Made by a program: the position numbers and the translations under genes
Source: Tetramitus jugosus
Lineage: Eukaryota > Protista > Heterolobosea
Length of the DNA: 64,000 nt
Direction of reading: 5' to 3'
Assembly: GCA_937625935.1 (NCBI GenBank)
Contig: OW569363.1
Location: forward strand, 372,001-436,000
In this document: positions 30,795 to 44,640 of the stretch, piece by piece
Layout of the letters: each line of letters begins with the position of its first letter
How positions within the stretch are numbered: position 1 is the stretch's first letter
Notes under the pieces: generated by a model
The model's input: the letters and a program-made list of their open reading frames with translations, nothing else
Databases searched by the model: none
What the model was told of the DNA's origin: nothing

Positions 30795-32139
30795 ATGTCG
30801 GCGAACAACGTTGCGAGTCCAACAACAAGTGGTGGCGTGGTGGAAGATCTAGACATCCAACTTAACTCACAAAACCAATGTGATAATGAACATTTGTATC
30901 AGTTGATCATTGAGGCAGATAAGCTTCGATTTCAACGTCGTTTCTCTCAAGCACTGGACATTATGAGTCGTGTGATTCAATTGAACCCAAAATTCTTTCT
31001 CGTATACTACAAGTTGGCTCTCTACTATTATCAAAAGGATGATGAACTCCACATTTATCGATGTCTGCAATTGGCACTGCTCTACTGTGATGATTGGTAC
31101 TGGTTCTGTATCTTGCATGCCTATTTGAGAGAGTTGAGAAAGGAATTGGAAGAATCAAAGCATTACTATGAATTGGCAATTAAGTTTGTTGAACAACATA
31201 ATCAATATGTTGCTAGTCACTGTGCTTTGACTGAGAATGATGGTGGTAGTAGTATCAGCAGTAGCAACTTGGGCAATGGCAGTAGTGGTAGGATAGAGAA
31301 ACGGTATTGTCATGATGCATTCTTCAATTTGGCGTGTGTTCATATGGATCTTCACAATTATGATGTCGCAATTGAATTGTTTTTGCGCGCCATTCAAGAG
31401 GTGAATAAGATGAACAAGGAAGGAAAGTTTAACTTTATGATTGCTCTCATTTACAACAATATTGGTTGTTGCTATGTGGACAAGAGTGATGACGTGAGCG
31501 CAAGGGTCAACTTTGAACATTCGATTCAAAAGTTTGATAGCTATGTGCTTGCGTATCAAAATTTGATGCGATTGTATCGAAGAACGGGACTTATTGATGA
31601 GATACCTGTATTGTGTGACAAGGTACTCAGTATTACAGATGACCATGATACTGTGCGCAATGTTCATCGCGAAAAATGTGAAATATTCCACGAACAAGTG
31701 CTGTCTGGAGCGGTAGAGATTGGTGATAATATGTTTGAGCCTGCTCTACAATTGATTCAAAAGTATCCTCGGGAGCACTTTGGTTATTTCTCGTATGTAG
31801 TGCTATGTAGTGTGTTTTGTATTATAACAATCTATTTGTTGTTGTTTTGTATTATTGTTAACAAGTGGTTTTGTTGTAATCACAACGACTTCTAGACTTG
31901 CCGTTCTTTATGCCATCACAGAAAATTCTGATAAGATGAAAGAAATCATTGATTCTGGCCTGCAGCATGTGAGTCTTGGTGACAAATGGGGTTATGACGC
32001 GCTACTAACATGTCTTGCCTACTATTATCGCAACCATTCGAGAACGGACAATCCACAACAAGTGAGAGAAACACTTAGGAAAATCGAAGACCTAAAATCT
32101 GCTATTATAACTCATGATTACTTGGAACGACTGGAATAG
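30795..32139 (+). CDS. TPR-repeat protein (exons 30795-31792, 31896-32139; about 413 aa)
   Basis: Multiple TPRs (AFFNLACVHMDLHNYDVAIELFLRAI, IYNNIGCCY); intron 31793-31895 GTATGT..TAG. Confidence 0.85.
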
Positions 32140-32269
32140 AGTGAGGAACTTGCTCCAGTAGCGGAGGGAGGTATAAATTGAACCGACAACGGCAAAAAAT
32201 TATCGTACGATTATGCGAAATATAAGTGAGCCATTGGAGAATTGTGTTTCGAGTAGGTAGTTGCGTGAA

Positions 32270-34093
32270 ATGTCTCTCTCAAGACTACTTGATTGGCACA
32301 AGATTCAATGTTCGTTTTGCAGTGGTAGGAAGTGCAAGCACGAAGATGTGAGCTTGATGGTTGATGAACCTGCTATCTCAGGTCTAAACAGCACATACAT
32401 AACAGAGAGAATGATTGCCTCTCAGAGACCAAGCACCCGACTAATAAAGGAATATGGAATCATCCAGGACTTTATCCAAAAGAATATAACTGCAATCTTC
32501 AACCTTCAGGAGAGTGGTGAACATCCGAATTGTGGTGATTGTCAACTGGAGAATTGTGGTTTCTCATATGATCCTGAAGAATTTATGAGCAATAATATAC
32601 GTTACTACAGTTTCGCTTGGAGGGATCTATCGACTCCAAAGCATCCTCAATATGTTGTAAATATAATGCATGTTATGGAATCTGAAATGCGAAGCAATAG
32701 TGGAGGATCAGTCATGATTCATTGCCACGCAGGTCTCGGTAGAACTGGATTAATTATAGCCTGTTATTTGCTGTACAGCCAGACATGTAAGTCCCCTAAA
32801 GCTGCAATCGAACTAGTGAGAAAGAGACGACCAGGAACCATTCAAACAAAGAATCAAGTACTGTTTGTGAAAGAATTCTACAAACACTTGTGTCAGATCA
32901 GGCAGTTATTCACAATTGATGTCATCAGATTGAATGCAACTCTAGGAGACTTTATGAAGAGACAGCATATGTATCTTCACGGACTCGAATATCGAAAGTA
33001 CAAGAGAATACCAAAACTAATATATGTAATCTGTGAGCGCTTCTGCAATGTTCTGTCATCAGAGAGGATCACCCCTGACTATCACGACTGGGAGACAACT
33101 CTTCATTCCTCCTCGAGTACGTATGACTTTAGTCGACGAAGGTACAGTGATAGTACTGTTGAGAATACGATAGATGTCGAAACTTCGATGCGTATCTTGT
33201 TGCGCAATATGAAGAGACTCTATGGAGCACATGAATGTGATGCTCATTCGAATCTATCAGAGTTGCATCATAGAGTTGATGTCATCAAAAGAAGTATTAA
33301 TAATGATGATTGGAGTTATATAGAGAATCGATGCAACGACTTGCTGCTCTTAATAGCTCTATGGATTGACTTTATACGGCAAATGAGTCATGAGATTATT
33401 CCCTTCTCGTTCATAGAGATGATTCTTCAAACTTATGATTCCAACACCAATACCGACACAGTACCATCAGTTGAGTCTCTAGCACGAAGATATTTGAGCT
33501 CGTACAGCATCGATATTTTCATCTGTATTGTTCACTGGATGGCCTACATGTGTAATGCTATCAATATTGCAGTCAACTCTCAAATAAGTCTCAACCCGTG
33601 GGAAGACAGTCCATTATTCAAATTGACATCAGAAATTGCAGGCATTGTTCTGCTGGCTCATTGTACAAGTAGAAATAAAACTCCCTCCAAGCTCGTCAAG
33701 GATCAACACAAGAGAACAGACATTAGCATTCTGCATGTGATGCTACAGAGAGCATGCAAGTATTGTATTGCTTACAATGAGAGCACAATCAAGGCAAAGG
33801 AAGAACAAGGCTTCATGAAGGCTGACGACTCAGATGATGAAGAGGGAATGGAAATGGATGAGGACTATCAAGAGTTAATACCGGATGAAGATCAAGTCGC
33901 TCTTGCTTGTGAAGGTGGAATAGAACTGTACCCTCTACCAAATATACTGCAGTACCATCCAAAACCATCTAGCCATAGTACGATGAAACCCTCGAGTACT
34001 GATGATAACACAATTGAATTTATTCCTCCGTCGACTCCAATAATCGCTCCAAATGAATCTGATGAAGAGAGTGATCTCGTTAAATTTCAGTAA
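32270..34093 (+). CDS. PTPDC1: PTPDC1-like protein tyrosine phosphatase
   Basis: CSGRKCKHE, ASQRPST, NLQESGEHPNCG, GFSYDPE, HCHAGLGRTG, IQTKNQ. Confidence 0.9.
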   Translation: MSLSRLLDWHKIQCSFCSGRKCKHEDVSLMVDEPAISGLNSTYITERMIASQRPSTRLIKEYGIIQDFIQKNITAIFNLQESGEHPNCGDCQLENCGFSYDPEEFMSNNIRYYSFAWRDLSTPKHPQYVVNIMHVMESEMRSNSGGSVMIHCHAGLGRTGLIIACYLLYSQTCKSPKAAIELVRKRRPGTIQTKNQVLFVKEFYKHLCQIRQLFTIDVIRLNATLGDFMKRQHMYLHGLEYRKYKRIPKLIYVICERFCNVLSSERITPDYHDWETTLHSSSSTYDFSRRRYSDSTVENTIDVETSMRILLRNMKRLYGAHECDAHSNLSELHHRVDVIKRSINNDDWSYIENRCNDLLLLIALWIDFIRQMSHEIIPFSFIEMILQTYDSNTNTDTVPSVESLARRYLSSYSIDIFICIVHWMAYMCNAINIAVNSQISLNPWEDSPLFKLTSEIAGIVLLAHCTSRNKTPSKLVKDQHKRTDISILHVMLQRACKYCIAYNESTIKAKEEQGFMKADDSDDEEGMEMDEDYQELIPDEDQVALACEGGIELYPLPNILQYHPKPSSHSTMKPSSTDDNTIEFIPPSTPIIAPNESDEESDLVKFQ

Positions 34094-34279
34094 AAAGCAT
34101 GTTGTTCTTGTTCAATTTCACTCCACACGTGCATCAACTTTGCAATAGATAATCCGCACTATACATGTCCAAAAGCTCACCTACACCTTCATCGTTCACA
34201 GCGATTGTTATAATCGTTGGGTGTCACGCTTTCCATGATCAATAAATTATGCAATCCAATTGAATCAACAAGAAGCAAT

Positions 34280-34864
34280 TTACAAATCTCGGATGGCCAA
34301 TCGAGACAAAACATGTTGTTCCAACTCGATATCAGCAGTTGCCTTCTCATGCGGCGATAGTTTAAATGCCTTTATCACACGCTCTCGATCACAAACACTC
34401 TTCAATAAACTTTCCATTTGATCCACTGGCACAACATTTCCTTGAATCAACTGTTGCATGTAAGAAATTGCTTCTTCCTCCTTTTTTGCATCGTCCTCTT
34501 GATTAAAAATGACAACAATCAAACAAGTGCTGTCCTCCTTGATGCCAAACAACCGAAATGCCTCACCCAAGTTACGAGAGGCACACATGTTGAGCAAAAG
34601 CTCAGTCTCAATATTCTTTGTCCTGAGTGATTGTCTCTCCTGGGATTGAACAGACTTGAAAGCACTCAAATAAATGTGAAGAAGAGAGACGCACAAGTGA
34701 GGAGAGAGAATGGAGATGAGGGCTGGTTGATCTTGAGGTTTGGATCTGACTTGTTCCAGGATTTGAGTCGCGTTGATCACACTGTCATACATGAACAACG
34801 AGATGGAATGGTTGTTGGTGAGAGGAACACGCAACATGGTTGTCGTGAGTGCAGAAGAAGACAT
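34280..34864 (-). CDS. CGI121: KEOPS subunit CGI121/TPRKB
   Basis: LRTKNIETELLLNMCASRNLGEAFRLFGI; C-terminal VLSRLAIRDL. Confidence 0.88.
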   Translation of the reverse strand: MSSSALTTTMLRVPLTNNHSISLFMYDSVINATQILEQVRSKPQDQPALISILSPHLCVSLLHIYLSAFKSVQSQERQSLRTKNIETELLLNMCASRNLGEAFRLFGIKEDSTCLIVVIFNQEDDAKKEEEAISYMQQLIQGNVVPVDQMESLLKSVCDRERVIKAFKLSPHEKATADIELEQHVLSRLAIRDL

Positions 34865-35245
34865 TTTTGCAGCAGGTGGAGCGTTGTTTGGGCGGGAAAG
34901 GATTTCGTTCTGTCGTAGAAAGCTGTAATTATTTTTCCGACGTGATTCAATTTTGATACCCAGTGCATTTTCAAATTTGCATCGCTTCGAATAACATCCG
35001 GTGAATTTGATCCGAATAGATTACAAAATTTTTATGAATGTTCAACAAAATATTGCACTTTAGTCAACCGAGGACAAAATTTTCAGCAGCGGTTGGGGAC
35101 TCGATCCTTGCTGGCAGTGGGTTCACTCGACCTGGGTGCATATTTTTTGTTACTCGTGTGAAAACTCTTTTGTGAGAAACCAAAACAAACCCTTTTAACG
35201 CCAAAACCAAAAACCAACCCAATCCTAAAACACTAATAAGACAAA

Positions 35246-37771
35246 ATGGTTAACTTCACTATTGACCAACTGCGTGAGATCATGGACAACCAGGCCCAGA
35301 TCAGAAACATGTCTGTGATTGCCCACGTCGATCACGGTAAGTCCACCCTGACTGACTCCTTGATTGCCGCTGCCGGTATCATTGCCACTGCCAAGGCTGG
35401 TGACCAACGTTTCATGGATACCAGAGCTGACGAACAAGAAAGATGTATTACCATCAAGTCTACTTCCATCTCTCTTTTCTATGAGACTCCTGATAGAGAA
35501 GACAAGACCAAGATTCACAAGTATTTGATTAACTTGATCGATTCCCCAGGTCACGTCGATTTCTCATCTGAAGTCACAGCTGCCTTGAGAGTTACTGATG
35601 GTGCTTTGGTCGTTGTCGATTGTGTTGAGGGTGTCTGTGTCCAAACTGAAACCGTCTTGAGACAAGCTTTGCAAGAAAGAATTAGACCTGTTCTTATGAT
35701 TAACAAGTTGGACAGAGCTTTCTTGGAATTGCAATTGGAGCCAGAAGATGCTTTCCAAACCTTCAGAAAGGCTATTGAATCCGCTAACGTCATCATTGCT
35801 ACATATCAAGATGATGCTTTGGGTGATCCTATGGTCTACCCTGAGAAGGGAACCGTTGCTTTCGGTTCTGGTCTCCACGGTTGGGGTTTCACTTTGACCA
35901 AGTTTGCTGACTTGTACTCTGCCAAGTTCGGTACCCCTATCCCTAAGTTGATGAAGAAGCTTTGGGGAGACAACTACTATGATGCTGCTGCCAAGAAGTG
36001 GTCCAAGAGCTCTGTCTCATCTGTCAATGGCAAGCCATTGAAGAGAGCTTTCTGCCAATTCGTTTTGGATCCAATCATCCAAATCTTCTCCCTCTGCATG
36101 AACGATCAACAAGAAACCGTTGAGAAGATGTTGACTGGTTTGGGTGTCAAGCTCGTTGCTGCTGATAAGGAAAACCAAGGAAAGAAATTCTTGAAGGCTG
36201 TCATGCAAAAGTTCTTGCCAGCTGCTGATGCTTTGCTTGAGATGATTGTCTCTCACTTGCCTTCTCCATCCAAGGCTCAATCCTACAGATACTCTGGATT
36301 GTACAACGGTCCTTTGGATGACAAGTACGCCATGTCCATCAAGAACTGCGACCCTAAGGGTCCATTGATGATGTACGTCTCCAAGATGGTGCCAACCAAC
36401 GACAAGGGTCGTTTCTATGCTTTCGGTAGAGTCTTCTCCGGAATCATCAGAACTGGTCAAAAGGCCAGAATTATGGGTCCAAAGTATGTTCCTGGAAAGA
36501 AGGACGACTTGTCCATCAAGAACATTCAAAGAACCGTCATTATGATGGGTAGATCCACCGAAGCTGTTGATGATGTTCCTTGCGGTAACGTCGTCGGTTT
36601 GGTCGGTGTTGACTCTTTCATTGTCAAGACTGCTTCTTTGACCGATGAGGACTGCCTTGATGCATGCCCATTGAAGGATATGAAGTACTCTGTCTCCGCT
36701 GTCGTCAGAGTTGCTGTCGAACCAAAGAACCCTGGTGATTTGCCAAAGTTGGTTGAAGGTTTGAAGAGATTGACCAAGTCTGATCCTCTTGTCCAAACTT
36801 ATATGGAAGAATCTGGTGAGCACATTGTTGCTGGTGCTGGTGAGCTCCATTTGGAAATTTGCTTGAAGGATTTGCAAGAAGATTTCATGGGTGGTGCTCC
36901 ATTGAAGATTTCCGACCCTGTTGTCTCTTACAGAGAAACTGTCATCTCTGAATCCTCCATGGACTGTTTGGCTAAGTCTCCAAACAAGCACAACAGATTG
37001 TACATGAGAGCTGTTCCTTTGGCTGATGAGTTGGCTACCATGATTGAAGACGGTAAGGTCACCCCTAAGGACGAACCAAAGGCAAGATCTAAGATTTTGT
37101 CCGAAGAATTCGAATGGGACAAGACTGATTCCATGAAGATCTGGACTTTCGGTCCTGACCAAGCTGGTCCAAACGTTGTCGTTGATGTCACTAAGGGAGT
37201 TCAATACTTGAACGAAATTAAGGACTCTATCGTCGCTGCATTCCAATGGGCAACCAAGGAAGGTTTGTTGTGTGATGAACAATTGAGAGGTGTTAGATAC
37301 AACTTGATTGATGTTGTTCTCCATACTGATGCTATCCACAGAGGTGGTGGTCAAATCATCCCAACTGCTAGAAAGTGCTTCTATGCTGCTCAATATACTG
37401 CTGACCCAAGATTGTTGGAACCTATCTTCTTGGTTGAAATTCAAGCCCCACAAGGTGTCTTGGGATCCATTTATGGTGTCTTGTCCAGAAGAAGAGGTCA
37501 CGTTATCTCTGAAGTCCAAAGACCAGGTACTCCAATGTACAACGTCAAGTGTAACTTGCCTGTCAATGAGTCCTTCGGTTTCACTGCAGATTTGAGATCC
37601 CACACTGGTGGTCAAGCTTTCCCTCAATGTGTCTTCGATCATTGGGCTGTCTTGTCCGGCGATCCATTCGATCCATCTCAAAAGACCGCTAAGGTTGTTT
37701 CTGAGACCAGAAAGAGAAAGGGTCTCTCTGAGGCTGTTCCAGCTTTGGACAACTACTTGGACAAGTTGTAA
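35246..37771 (+). CDS. EEF2: Translation elongation factor 2
   Basis: [18 protein letters not shown], diphthamide loop [15 protein letters not shown]; strong codon bias. Confidence 0.99.
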   Translation: MVNFTIDQLREIMDNQAQIRNMSVIAHVDHGKSTLTDSLIAAAGIIATAKAGDQRFMDTRADEQERCITIKSTSISLFYETPDREDKTKIHKYLINLIDSPGHVDFSSEVTAALRVTDGALVVVDCVEGVCVQTETVLRQALQERIRPVLMINKLDRAFLELQLEPEDAFQTFRKAIESANVIIATYQDDALGDPMVYPEKGTVAFGSGLHGWGFTLTKFADLYSAKFGTPIPKLMKKLWGDNYYDAAAKKWSKSSVSSVNGKPLKRAFCQFVLDPIIQIFSLCMNDQQETVEKMLTGLGVKLVAADKENQGKKFLKAVMQKFLPAADALLEMIVSHLPSPSKAQSYRYSGLYNGPLDDKYAMSIKNCDPKGPLMMYVSKMVPTNDKGRFYAFGRVFSGIIRTGQKARIMGPKYVPGKKDDLSIKNIQRTVIMMGRSTEAVDDVPCGNVVGLVGVDSFIVKTASLTDEDCLDACPLKDMKYSVSAVVRVAVEPKNPGDLPKLVEGLKRLTKSDPLVQTYMEESGEHIVAGAGELHLEICLKDLQEDFMGGAPLKISDPVVSYRETVISESSMDCLAKSPNKHNRLYMRAVPLADELATMIEDGKVTPKDEPKARSKILSEEFEWDKTDSMKIWTFGPDQAGPNVVVDVTKGVQYLNEIKDSIVAAFQWATKEGLLCDEQLRGVRYNLIDVVLHTDAIHRGGGQIIPTARKCFYAAQYTADPRLLEPIFLVEIQAPQGVLGSIYGVLSRRRGHVISEVQRPGTPMYNVKCNLPVNESFGFTADLRSHTGGQAFPQCVFDHWAVLSGDPFDPSQKTAKVVSETRKRKGLSEAVPALDNYLDKL

Positions 37772-37897
37772 ACTTTCCACAGCATAAAAAAGACAAAATT
37801 CTTCAACATGCACTTTCCAAAATTTCTTTTTTGTTTCAATCAGATGTATGAACGAACGGAAATCATTCTCTCCAGAATACAAACAACGATAGATAAT

Positions 37898-40800
37898 TTA
37901 TTGACCAGGGCTCATCATGGTCGTTGTATGTGGCGGCACTTTTCGAGACAACAATGAGATTTCCTGCTTGCATGCTTCGATGTTTCTTGTTTGCTCGAGT
38001 GCAATGTCTTGCATTCTCTTTCTCCTGTCTACTTTCACGTTGGTTAGTGTCTTGGTTATTCGGTGTACCATGGTGGTTTGCGACACATCCAACTCATTCT
38101 CCAGCTCTTGTTGCCTCTGACGCAATGAGGCAAGCGTAGATAGCAACCTGGTGTTTTCTGTTGTAGCTGAGATCAGTTGTTCCTTTGATTCTGCAATTTT
38201 CTCGTCCCATTTTGTGAGTATCTCATGTGCTTGATTCTCGTTCTTCTTTAGTTCTGATTCCAATGCCACGATTCCAGAGTTCTCGGCTGCCTTTTCCAGT
38301 TCCTCAATGTCAATCTCTTTGCCAAATTTCAGCAATTGGACTTCCCTTACCTTGTTCTTTGCGAAGGAGTAGTCATCTTCTCTTGTTTTCTGTTCTTTAA
38401 GGAGTGCTTTTTGATTCTTTTGAAGGTCATTGTGTCTAACCCTCAATTGCTTTCGTTCTTCATTCAAAATCTGGATTCGCTTGACCAATTTTTTGAGTCC
38501 ACTTTTGGTGAACACGATATGATCTGAAAGATCTGCAGGAATCTTATTCTGAATCAGTGACTGGATCTGATTCAGTTTTAATACAACTACCATATGAAGT
38601 TCATTGATATGTTTTTGTTTTTCTAATTGAATATCTCTTATCCTTTTCTCTATTTTGGTTCTATCAAGGTCTATTGTTCTCAAGTCCCTTTGGTTTTTCT
38701 CAATTTCCTTCTTGTATAATTCAACACTATTCAATATATTCTCGAGAAATTTCTCTTGTTCTATCCTTTCTTGTCTTAGTGAGAGAATTTGTTCAAATAG
38801 TTGTTGATCACAGTTATCAGGTTTTTCATCCTTGTTCAACAAATTATCTTCTTCGTCCTCATCTTCGTCAGAGTCAGAGTCATTGTCAGAGGTTGATCTC
38901 TTAAAAATTCGATTTAATTCTTCTCTTGCTGGATGTTTTTCAGCAACTAACTCATTATAGTCTCGTTTAATACGTTCAATATTCAAGTTCGAGATCTCTT
39001 CTTTCCTTTTCGAAAGCATTGAGGTAATTTCAACGATTTTGTTCGAAATTTCTTGTCTCAAGCACAGCTTTTTAGACAATTCAGAATACTCGGTGTTGTC
39101 TTTCTGTTCGAAAGTTTTCAAAATTTTCAGCTCGTGGAAAGCTAATAAGAGTCTGAGGTCTGCATGCTTTAAATCACTATCAAGAATATATTTTTCTCTC
39201 CGAAGTTCATCAATGGCGGCATCGAAACTCTCAATTTGTTTCTGTCTTTTCCTGAGTATTCGATCTTTTTCGTACTCTAGGGTCAATTTGTTCATCGAGA
39301 GTTCATTCTTCTCAAGTTCAGACAGAGTGTCAACAACCACTCTTGCCTTTCTTTCATCATTCTTCTCTTTTGCCGTATCCCTTCTGGCTTTACTTGTCAT
39401 TGGAGTTAGTTCGTCCTTATGAACCTCTGATCCGCCCATTGAAAAATTACCCAAGTTTGTTCGATGTCCGGTCAACCTTCGTTGTTCTGCCAGCATTTCT
39501 TGTTCATATTCAAGTATAAGGTCCATAGATATGTTCTCTCTGTCTTCTGGTATTTCACATCTAGCAAGAGGAGCCATCTCCAGAGTATCAGCAATTCCTA
39601 ACTGCTTATTAATATCATTGACTTGCTTATGGTACTCCTTGAATTTGTCAATCAATCTTTGTTTTAAATCTCGTAATCCTAGAACTCTAACATTGAAAAC
39701 CATCCTCAATGTATGCATACTCTCTTCCAACAAAATCATCTGTCTTAATTTTTTATCAGCCGTGATCCTTGAATGGTCTGAGATACTGAAGTTGTCGTCT
39801 GTTCTTAACTTGTAATCTCCCATATTCTGTTGAGCACTAGTAATTTCTTCAACCATACTGAGATCTTCATCAGTAGACTGAGGCTCTCGACTTAATAGAG
39901 AATCTTTAATGATCATTCTCTCCTTTCTCTTCTTTTTCACTTCCAAAGCTTTTTCACCTGGTACGTGTTTTTGGGTCTCCCGTTTCCAAGGCGGTCTCTT
40001 TCTAGAGCTCTGATGGGATTCTTGAGGAGTATCAATATCGGATATCGCTTCGCTGAGAGAGATATTTTCGCTTTGTTCGATCTGTTTTTGTTTCTTTAGA
40101 ATTTCTTCGTTGATTTTGGCATGAAAATGATCAATTAGTTGTTGAAGAATGGGTCGTATCTTCGGTGTTTTGTATGATTCTACCTCATGACCAGACTCAA
40201 AAGCTTTGAGTACAATTCTCTCAACATCTAAGCTGTCGATATATGTATCCTTCAGTTTCTTTAGTTTAATATCGGTCCAAGTCGAATCCCATTCGAGTAC
40301 TTTCCTGGCTACCTCTAGCTTCTCCTGAGTCATCTTCTCCACCTTTTCTTTCATTGTTTTATCGAGTTGCAATTCATCTCGAGTAAGACGAACATGTTCC
40401 TCTCTTCTATTATTTGATTCTACCAAAGCAAAGTATTTCGTTCTTAATTCCGATATCCTATTTCTTCGCTCTTCCTTCCTTGTTTCTGTGTCGCTTTTCT
40501 TCTGATCCTCTTTGCTCTTTAATTTTTCTTGATGAATACTAAAAGCACATGGATCTATGATGTCCTTCACCATTGAAAATTGAGCTTGAGTCCCTATTTT
40601 GGATGGCAGAAGCATTTCAGGATGTTGAGTTATTGATTCATTCAAAATTCGTTGAACGAATATTCCTCCATCGTTGCCCACTGACAATAAGTAACTATCA
40701 TCAAAACTTAGAGTAGCTTTGTTGATTCTCCCTTGAATCGAGTCATGAAGTCCACGCACTTTTAATTCTCGATTGAATTTTCCGTTCTCATAACTGTTTT

Positions 40801-42933
40801 TATCAAATATCCGTACCTTTCCGTCTTTGTATCCAAGAACCACATACTTTCCTGAAGAAGAGAACATTACACTTGTACAAGGTGACACATTATTCTGCAC
40901 GTATGAAGCAACTGCATACTCATATGACTTATCTCCAACTTGTAAAGGTTTCATAGGGTCGTATGAACCCCACATCCTTCCGTTATAAAGTAGGAGTCCT
41001 TCATTACAATTTAATGATACCAGTAATTGTTGTTGACCACTCTCCTTGATACATACAATCTTTAATAATTGTTTTCTGATATTCTCTTCGTGATCGACTT
41101 GTTTTCTCTTATCTTTGGGTTGGTCTTCCATGTCTCCATTCTCATTGTTTGAATCCCCTTCAACTTCAGTCTTCTTAGGCTCTATACACTGGTGATACAT
41201 TAGAGAGTCATATGATAGTTCTATTTCCAATGAATCAGCACTATCTCGATGTGAAAGGTCGGGAATATTGACTCGTAGTAAACAGTCATTCGCTAAGGCC
41301 ACGAATAGGGTTCGATTATCAAGACTCCAGTCGAGACTTCGGACGGGTTCAGGGACACTCGCAAATCCGAACGGTTCTAATTTCTTATCGAAAAAGAATA
41401 ACGTTTTATCCTTACTTCCGGTGACCAAGAGTTCTCCATCTCTTGAAAATGAAAAATCTGTGATTGGGGATGTGTGCGGTTTTTTCACCTTCACGAGCAA
41501 GAATCCATCACTACACCTTTGCACTATTCTTATAGTTCCATCATCGAAGCTAACAGTGGCTGTAGTTTCGCTTGGATCAATTTCCTATTGAAGAGGTATA
41601 TACACGTTAGAAAAAGATTGCAAGGTTAAGAAGAGGTAACAAGACACTTACTGTTGGATTCCATTGTGCTTTGGTTGCGCCAGCAGAGCACTGATACAAA
41701 TACAGAGATTTCCTGGAATTATAATCAACCAACCTCAACGTGCCATCTAGGCCAATTGTAAGTGCTGTATGATCATGAGGACTCGGACTAACATCTGTGA
41801 CTGGGCCAGCATGGAACTCTAGAATTTTTTCAGAGATAAACACATGATTTCCTAGATCGAAGTTAACCTGCCATAGTGCACCAGCTGCGTCTAGCACTAA
41901 CCAGAAATCATCTGATCGAACAAGTGAAACTATTTTGACATTAGGTCCTATCTGGTGTTCGAACTCAGGTAGTATCTCTAAAATATTGTTATCGTCACTT
42001 GGTTCTGCGCGATCTATCTGTTCAAAATTCCAGTATCGTATGTATCCGTCTGATCCGCCAGTAACAATTTTACTCCCGTCGTGAATGACTACCTCAAGCT
42101 TCCCATCATGACAAAATAACCCACCGGGTTTCATTACTATACTCTTAATCAAGTTTCCTTCCCATAAAAGCATGTTACCGCGCTCAGATCCAGATATCAC
42201 TTTTCCATCAGGTAGAATACAATATCCATATATATCACTAATATCGACCTTTCCAAATTTTCCAATCTGACCCTGAAGTTTTAAGCCGGTAAAAGTTTGG
42301 GCCATCTTCCAGAACTTGATATGCCCAACACCAGATGTAACAAGTTGACCATCATTCGTATCAGAGAATGAAACATTATACACGTCTTGTCCAAATGCTT
42401 TGTATCTCAAACTAATTTTTTCTTCCTCCCAGTTCCAAATCGTTAGCATATAATCGGGATGGGAACCCACAGTAGCCAACATTGTACCGCTCTTATTGAA
42501 GCAACACGTACTATAGGCAACGGATGTACCTTTCTTTAGCGTCTTATGAATCTCTAGTGCTGGGTAACTGTAAATGTATACATCAGGTTCTTTACCCACA
42601 ACTGCTACCGCAATAAACTTCTTGTTTGGATGAACCTTTGTTGCATAAGAAGAAGTAAGTCAGAGCGAAGGGACATAATAAACAATACCAAAAACAGTAA
42701 CATACAGCTATAGCGCCGATACCATCTTGCCCTTGTACTTCTATCCAATGATATGTCCTACTCCTCAAGTTAAAAAACTGCAGGGTATTACCAACAGACA
42801 ACACAACGACATTGCTCTCAATGAGATGTATGTTGTTTCTTTTCGCGTTGGGAAAACCAAAGCTATAGTACAAGGACGTATCAAAAGAAGCATCTTGCAT
42901 ATCAATAATGCTCGTGGGAGCTCCTGACGACAT
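37898..42933 (-). CDS. CFAP44: Cilia- and flagella-associated protein 44 (exons 42933-42706, 42635-41652, 41584-37898; about 1632 aa)
   Basis: WD40 N-terminus with FWKMAQTFTGLKLQGQIGKFG, GDYKLRT, long coiled coil; introns 42636-42705 and 41585-41651 are both phase 0. Confidence 0.92.
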
Positions 42934-43103
42934 TTGTCTCTCTCCAATCCCAATTTGATTTTCTGCCAGGAAGTTTATCGTAATTTTTTATGCCGCCAAC
43001 TTGAAGGATGAAACTACGTCAAAACGTCGCCAAGAACTCACAGACGCAACCCAGAAAATCGCTCATACAACTCGCAAAGTAATACCTGTAGCATAGATAA
43101 AAA

Positions 43104-44162
43104 ATGAGTGAAGCAGTTCAACAGCAAAAGCAATCAAACACAAGCTCGAGCTTTCTCTCAGCAAACACCAGTGAGAAGGGAGAAAACACTGCACTGACGT
43201 ATGTACGCCACCCCTCAAAAAACTCTCAATACACTTTCTACACATCACTTAGAGCGAACTAACATCACTTCTCAACATTATCCATCTTCTTGTTGAACAA
43301 AAAGTTTGGATTCCAACAAGGATGTATTTGAGAACATTCTTCTCACGCTAAAGTGTAAGTCATGAACTCATTGTCATTCTTGTTTTCAGTTCTCTGTTCA
43401 CATTTTCAACTGATTTTCATCCATTGTATAATGTTCAGCTCTTCAACAACAAAACACTAGGCTTGCAAAGTTCCAACAGGATAGCTACAAGTTTCATCTT
43501 CAGCATCATTCCAACATTAAAAAAATTATTAGTGGACTGAATCTGTTGTCAGAGAACTTTGAACGAATGGGAATGAGTTCATTTGAGTTGAAACCAGAGG
43601 AAGATCAAGAACTCATGCAGAGATGTGCTCCGTCTGAACTGTCTCAGTCACAGAACCATCCGGCACAACAACCAAAGGACTCCTTTAGCTCTGCGATCGA
43701 CTTTAAAAGAAGTATGCAATTCGGTACCTATGATGTCTGAAAAAGATTCACTATTCTTACCTCTTACTGTTCTCTCTTCTGTCTAATTATTCTTTATGTG
43801 TAGCTCTGCATGACAAGATTGTTCAACACTCTAATAGTCTACATGAAGTGGACACGATACTGAGAGGAGTGAATGACATTGACACGTTCAAGCAGTTGAA
43901 ACCTGTTTCTCTCAGTCTTATTCTACCTGTCATGGAATCATGGCTGAGAGAGATTGACGATGCAAGAATGAGTCTCGTGTTTATGTATGAGGGAGCGCGA
44001 CTCTTTCCTGATGTATTCTCTCACAAGGACAATCGACCAATCATTCTTCGCATGATCAAGACGCTGGAGAGTTGGAGTCAAGAGGATGTGGAGAAAATTG
44101 ACTTTGAAGCGAATTGTGTGCGCGAACTCTATCAATTTCTGATCAGCAGTTGCTCTGAATAA
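43104..44162 (+). CDS. Hypothetical 4-exon protein (43104-43198, 43305-43354, 43439-43711, 43804-44162; 258 aa)
   Basis: Three GT-AG introns (GTATGT, GTAAGT, GTATGC donors) join the fragments into one open frame: coiled coil then a helical domain. Confidence 0.7.
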
Positions 44163-44562
44163 AGGCGAAACACAAATGGAATAGTGACCCATTATGCAGA
44201 AGCAAGGAAAAAAGGGATCATCATGTCAAGCAACAAATCGCAAGTTGGCATGGATGCCGCCGATAGTTTCTCCGTCTGTCATCCAATGGCGTCAACCATC
44301 AAAAATCTGACGAGCCAACAGAAGAAAACTCACTCCCACTTTAGCCAAAACGTTGCGCAATCACAAAACATAAAGAAAAAAGCTGCTTTGAGTAGACGTC
44401 TGCTGTCGACGATACTTGTCTCTCCCCAACAAAACAAGAAAAAAAGAACTCACCCAAAGTATACTCATCGTTTCTGTTTGAGAGCTCTCACAAAATCAAT
44501 CGCTCGCACACAACCAACCAACACACCTCAAACGAAAAAGCTTTCGTTTCCAAAATCAACTT

Positions 44563-44594
<32 letters not shown>

Positions 44595-44640
44595 ACACAC
44601 AACTGAACAGACATCAGCTCTAGATTATTACTGCCCAAAC

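Noticed and set aside
35085-35145. GC-rich patch with a B-box-like GGATCGAGTCC (minus strand) upstream of EF2
   Set aside because: Does not fold into a cloverleaf and has no clear A box; more likely promoter sequence.
36017-37882. 621-aa antisense ORF over EF2
   Set aside because: Shadow frame caused by EF2's strong codon bias; no motifs or plausible composition.
44184-44606. 140-aa ORF upstream of the LRR gene
   Set aside because: Low-complexity, CA-rich leader/promoter sequence with no motif.
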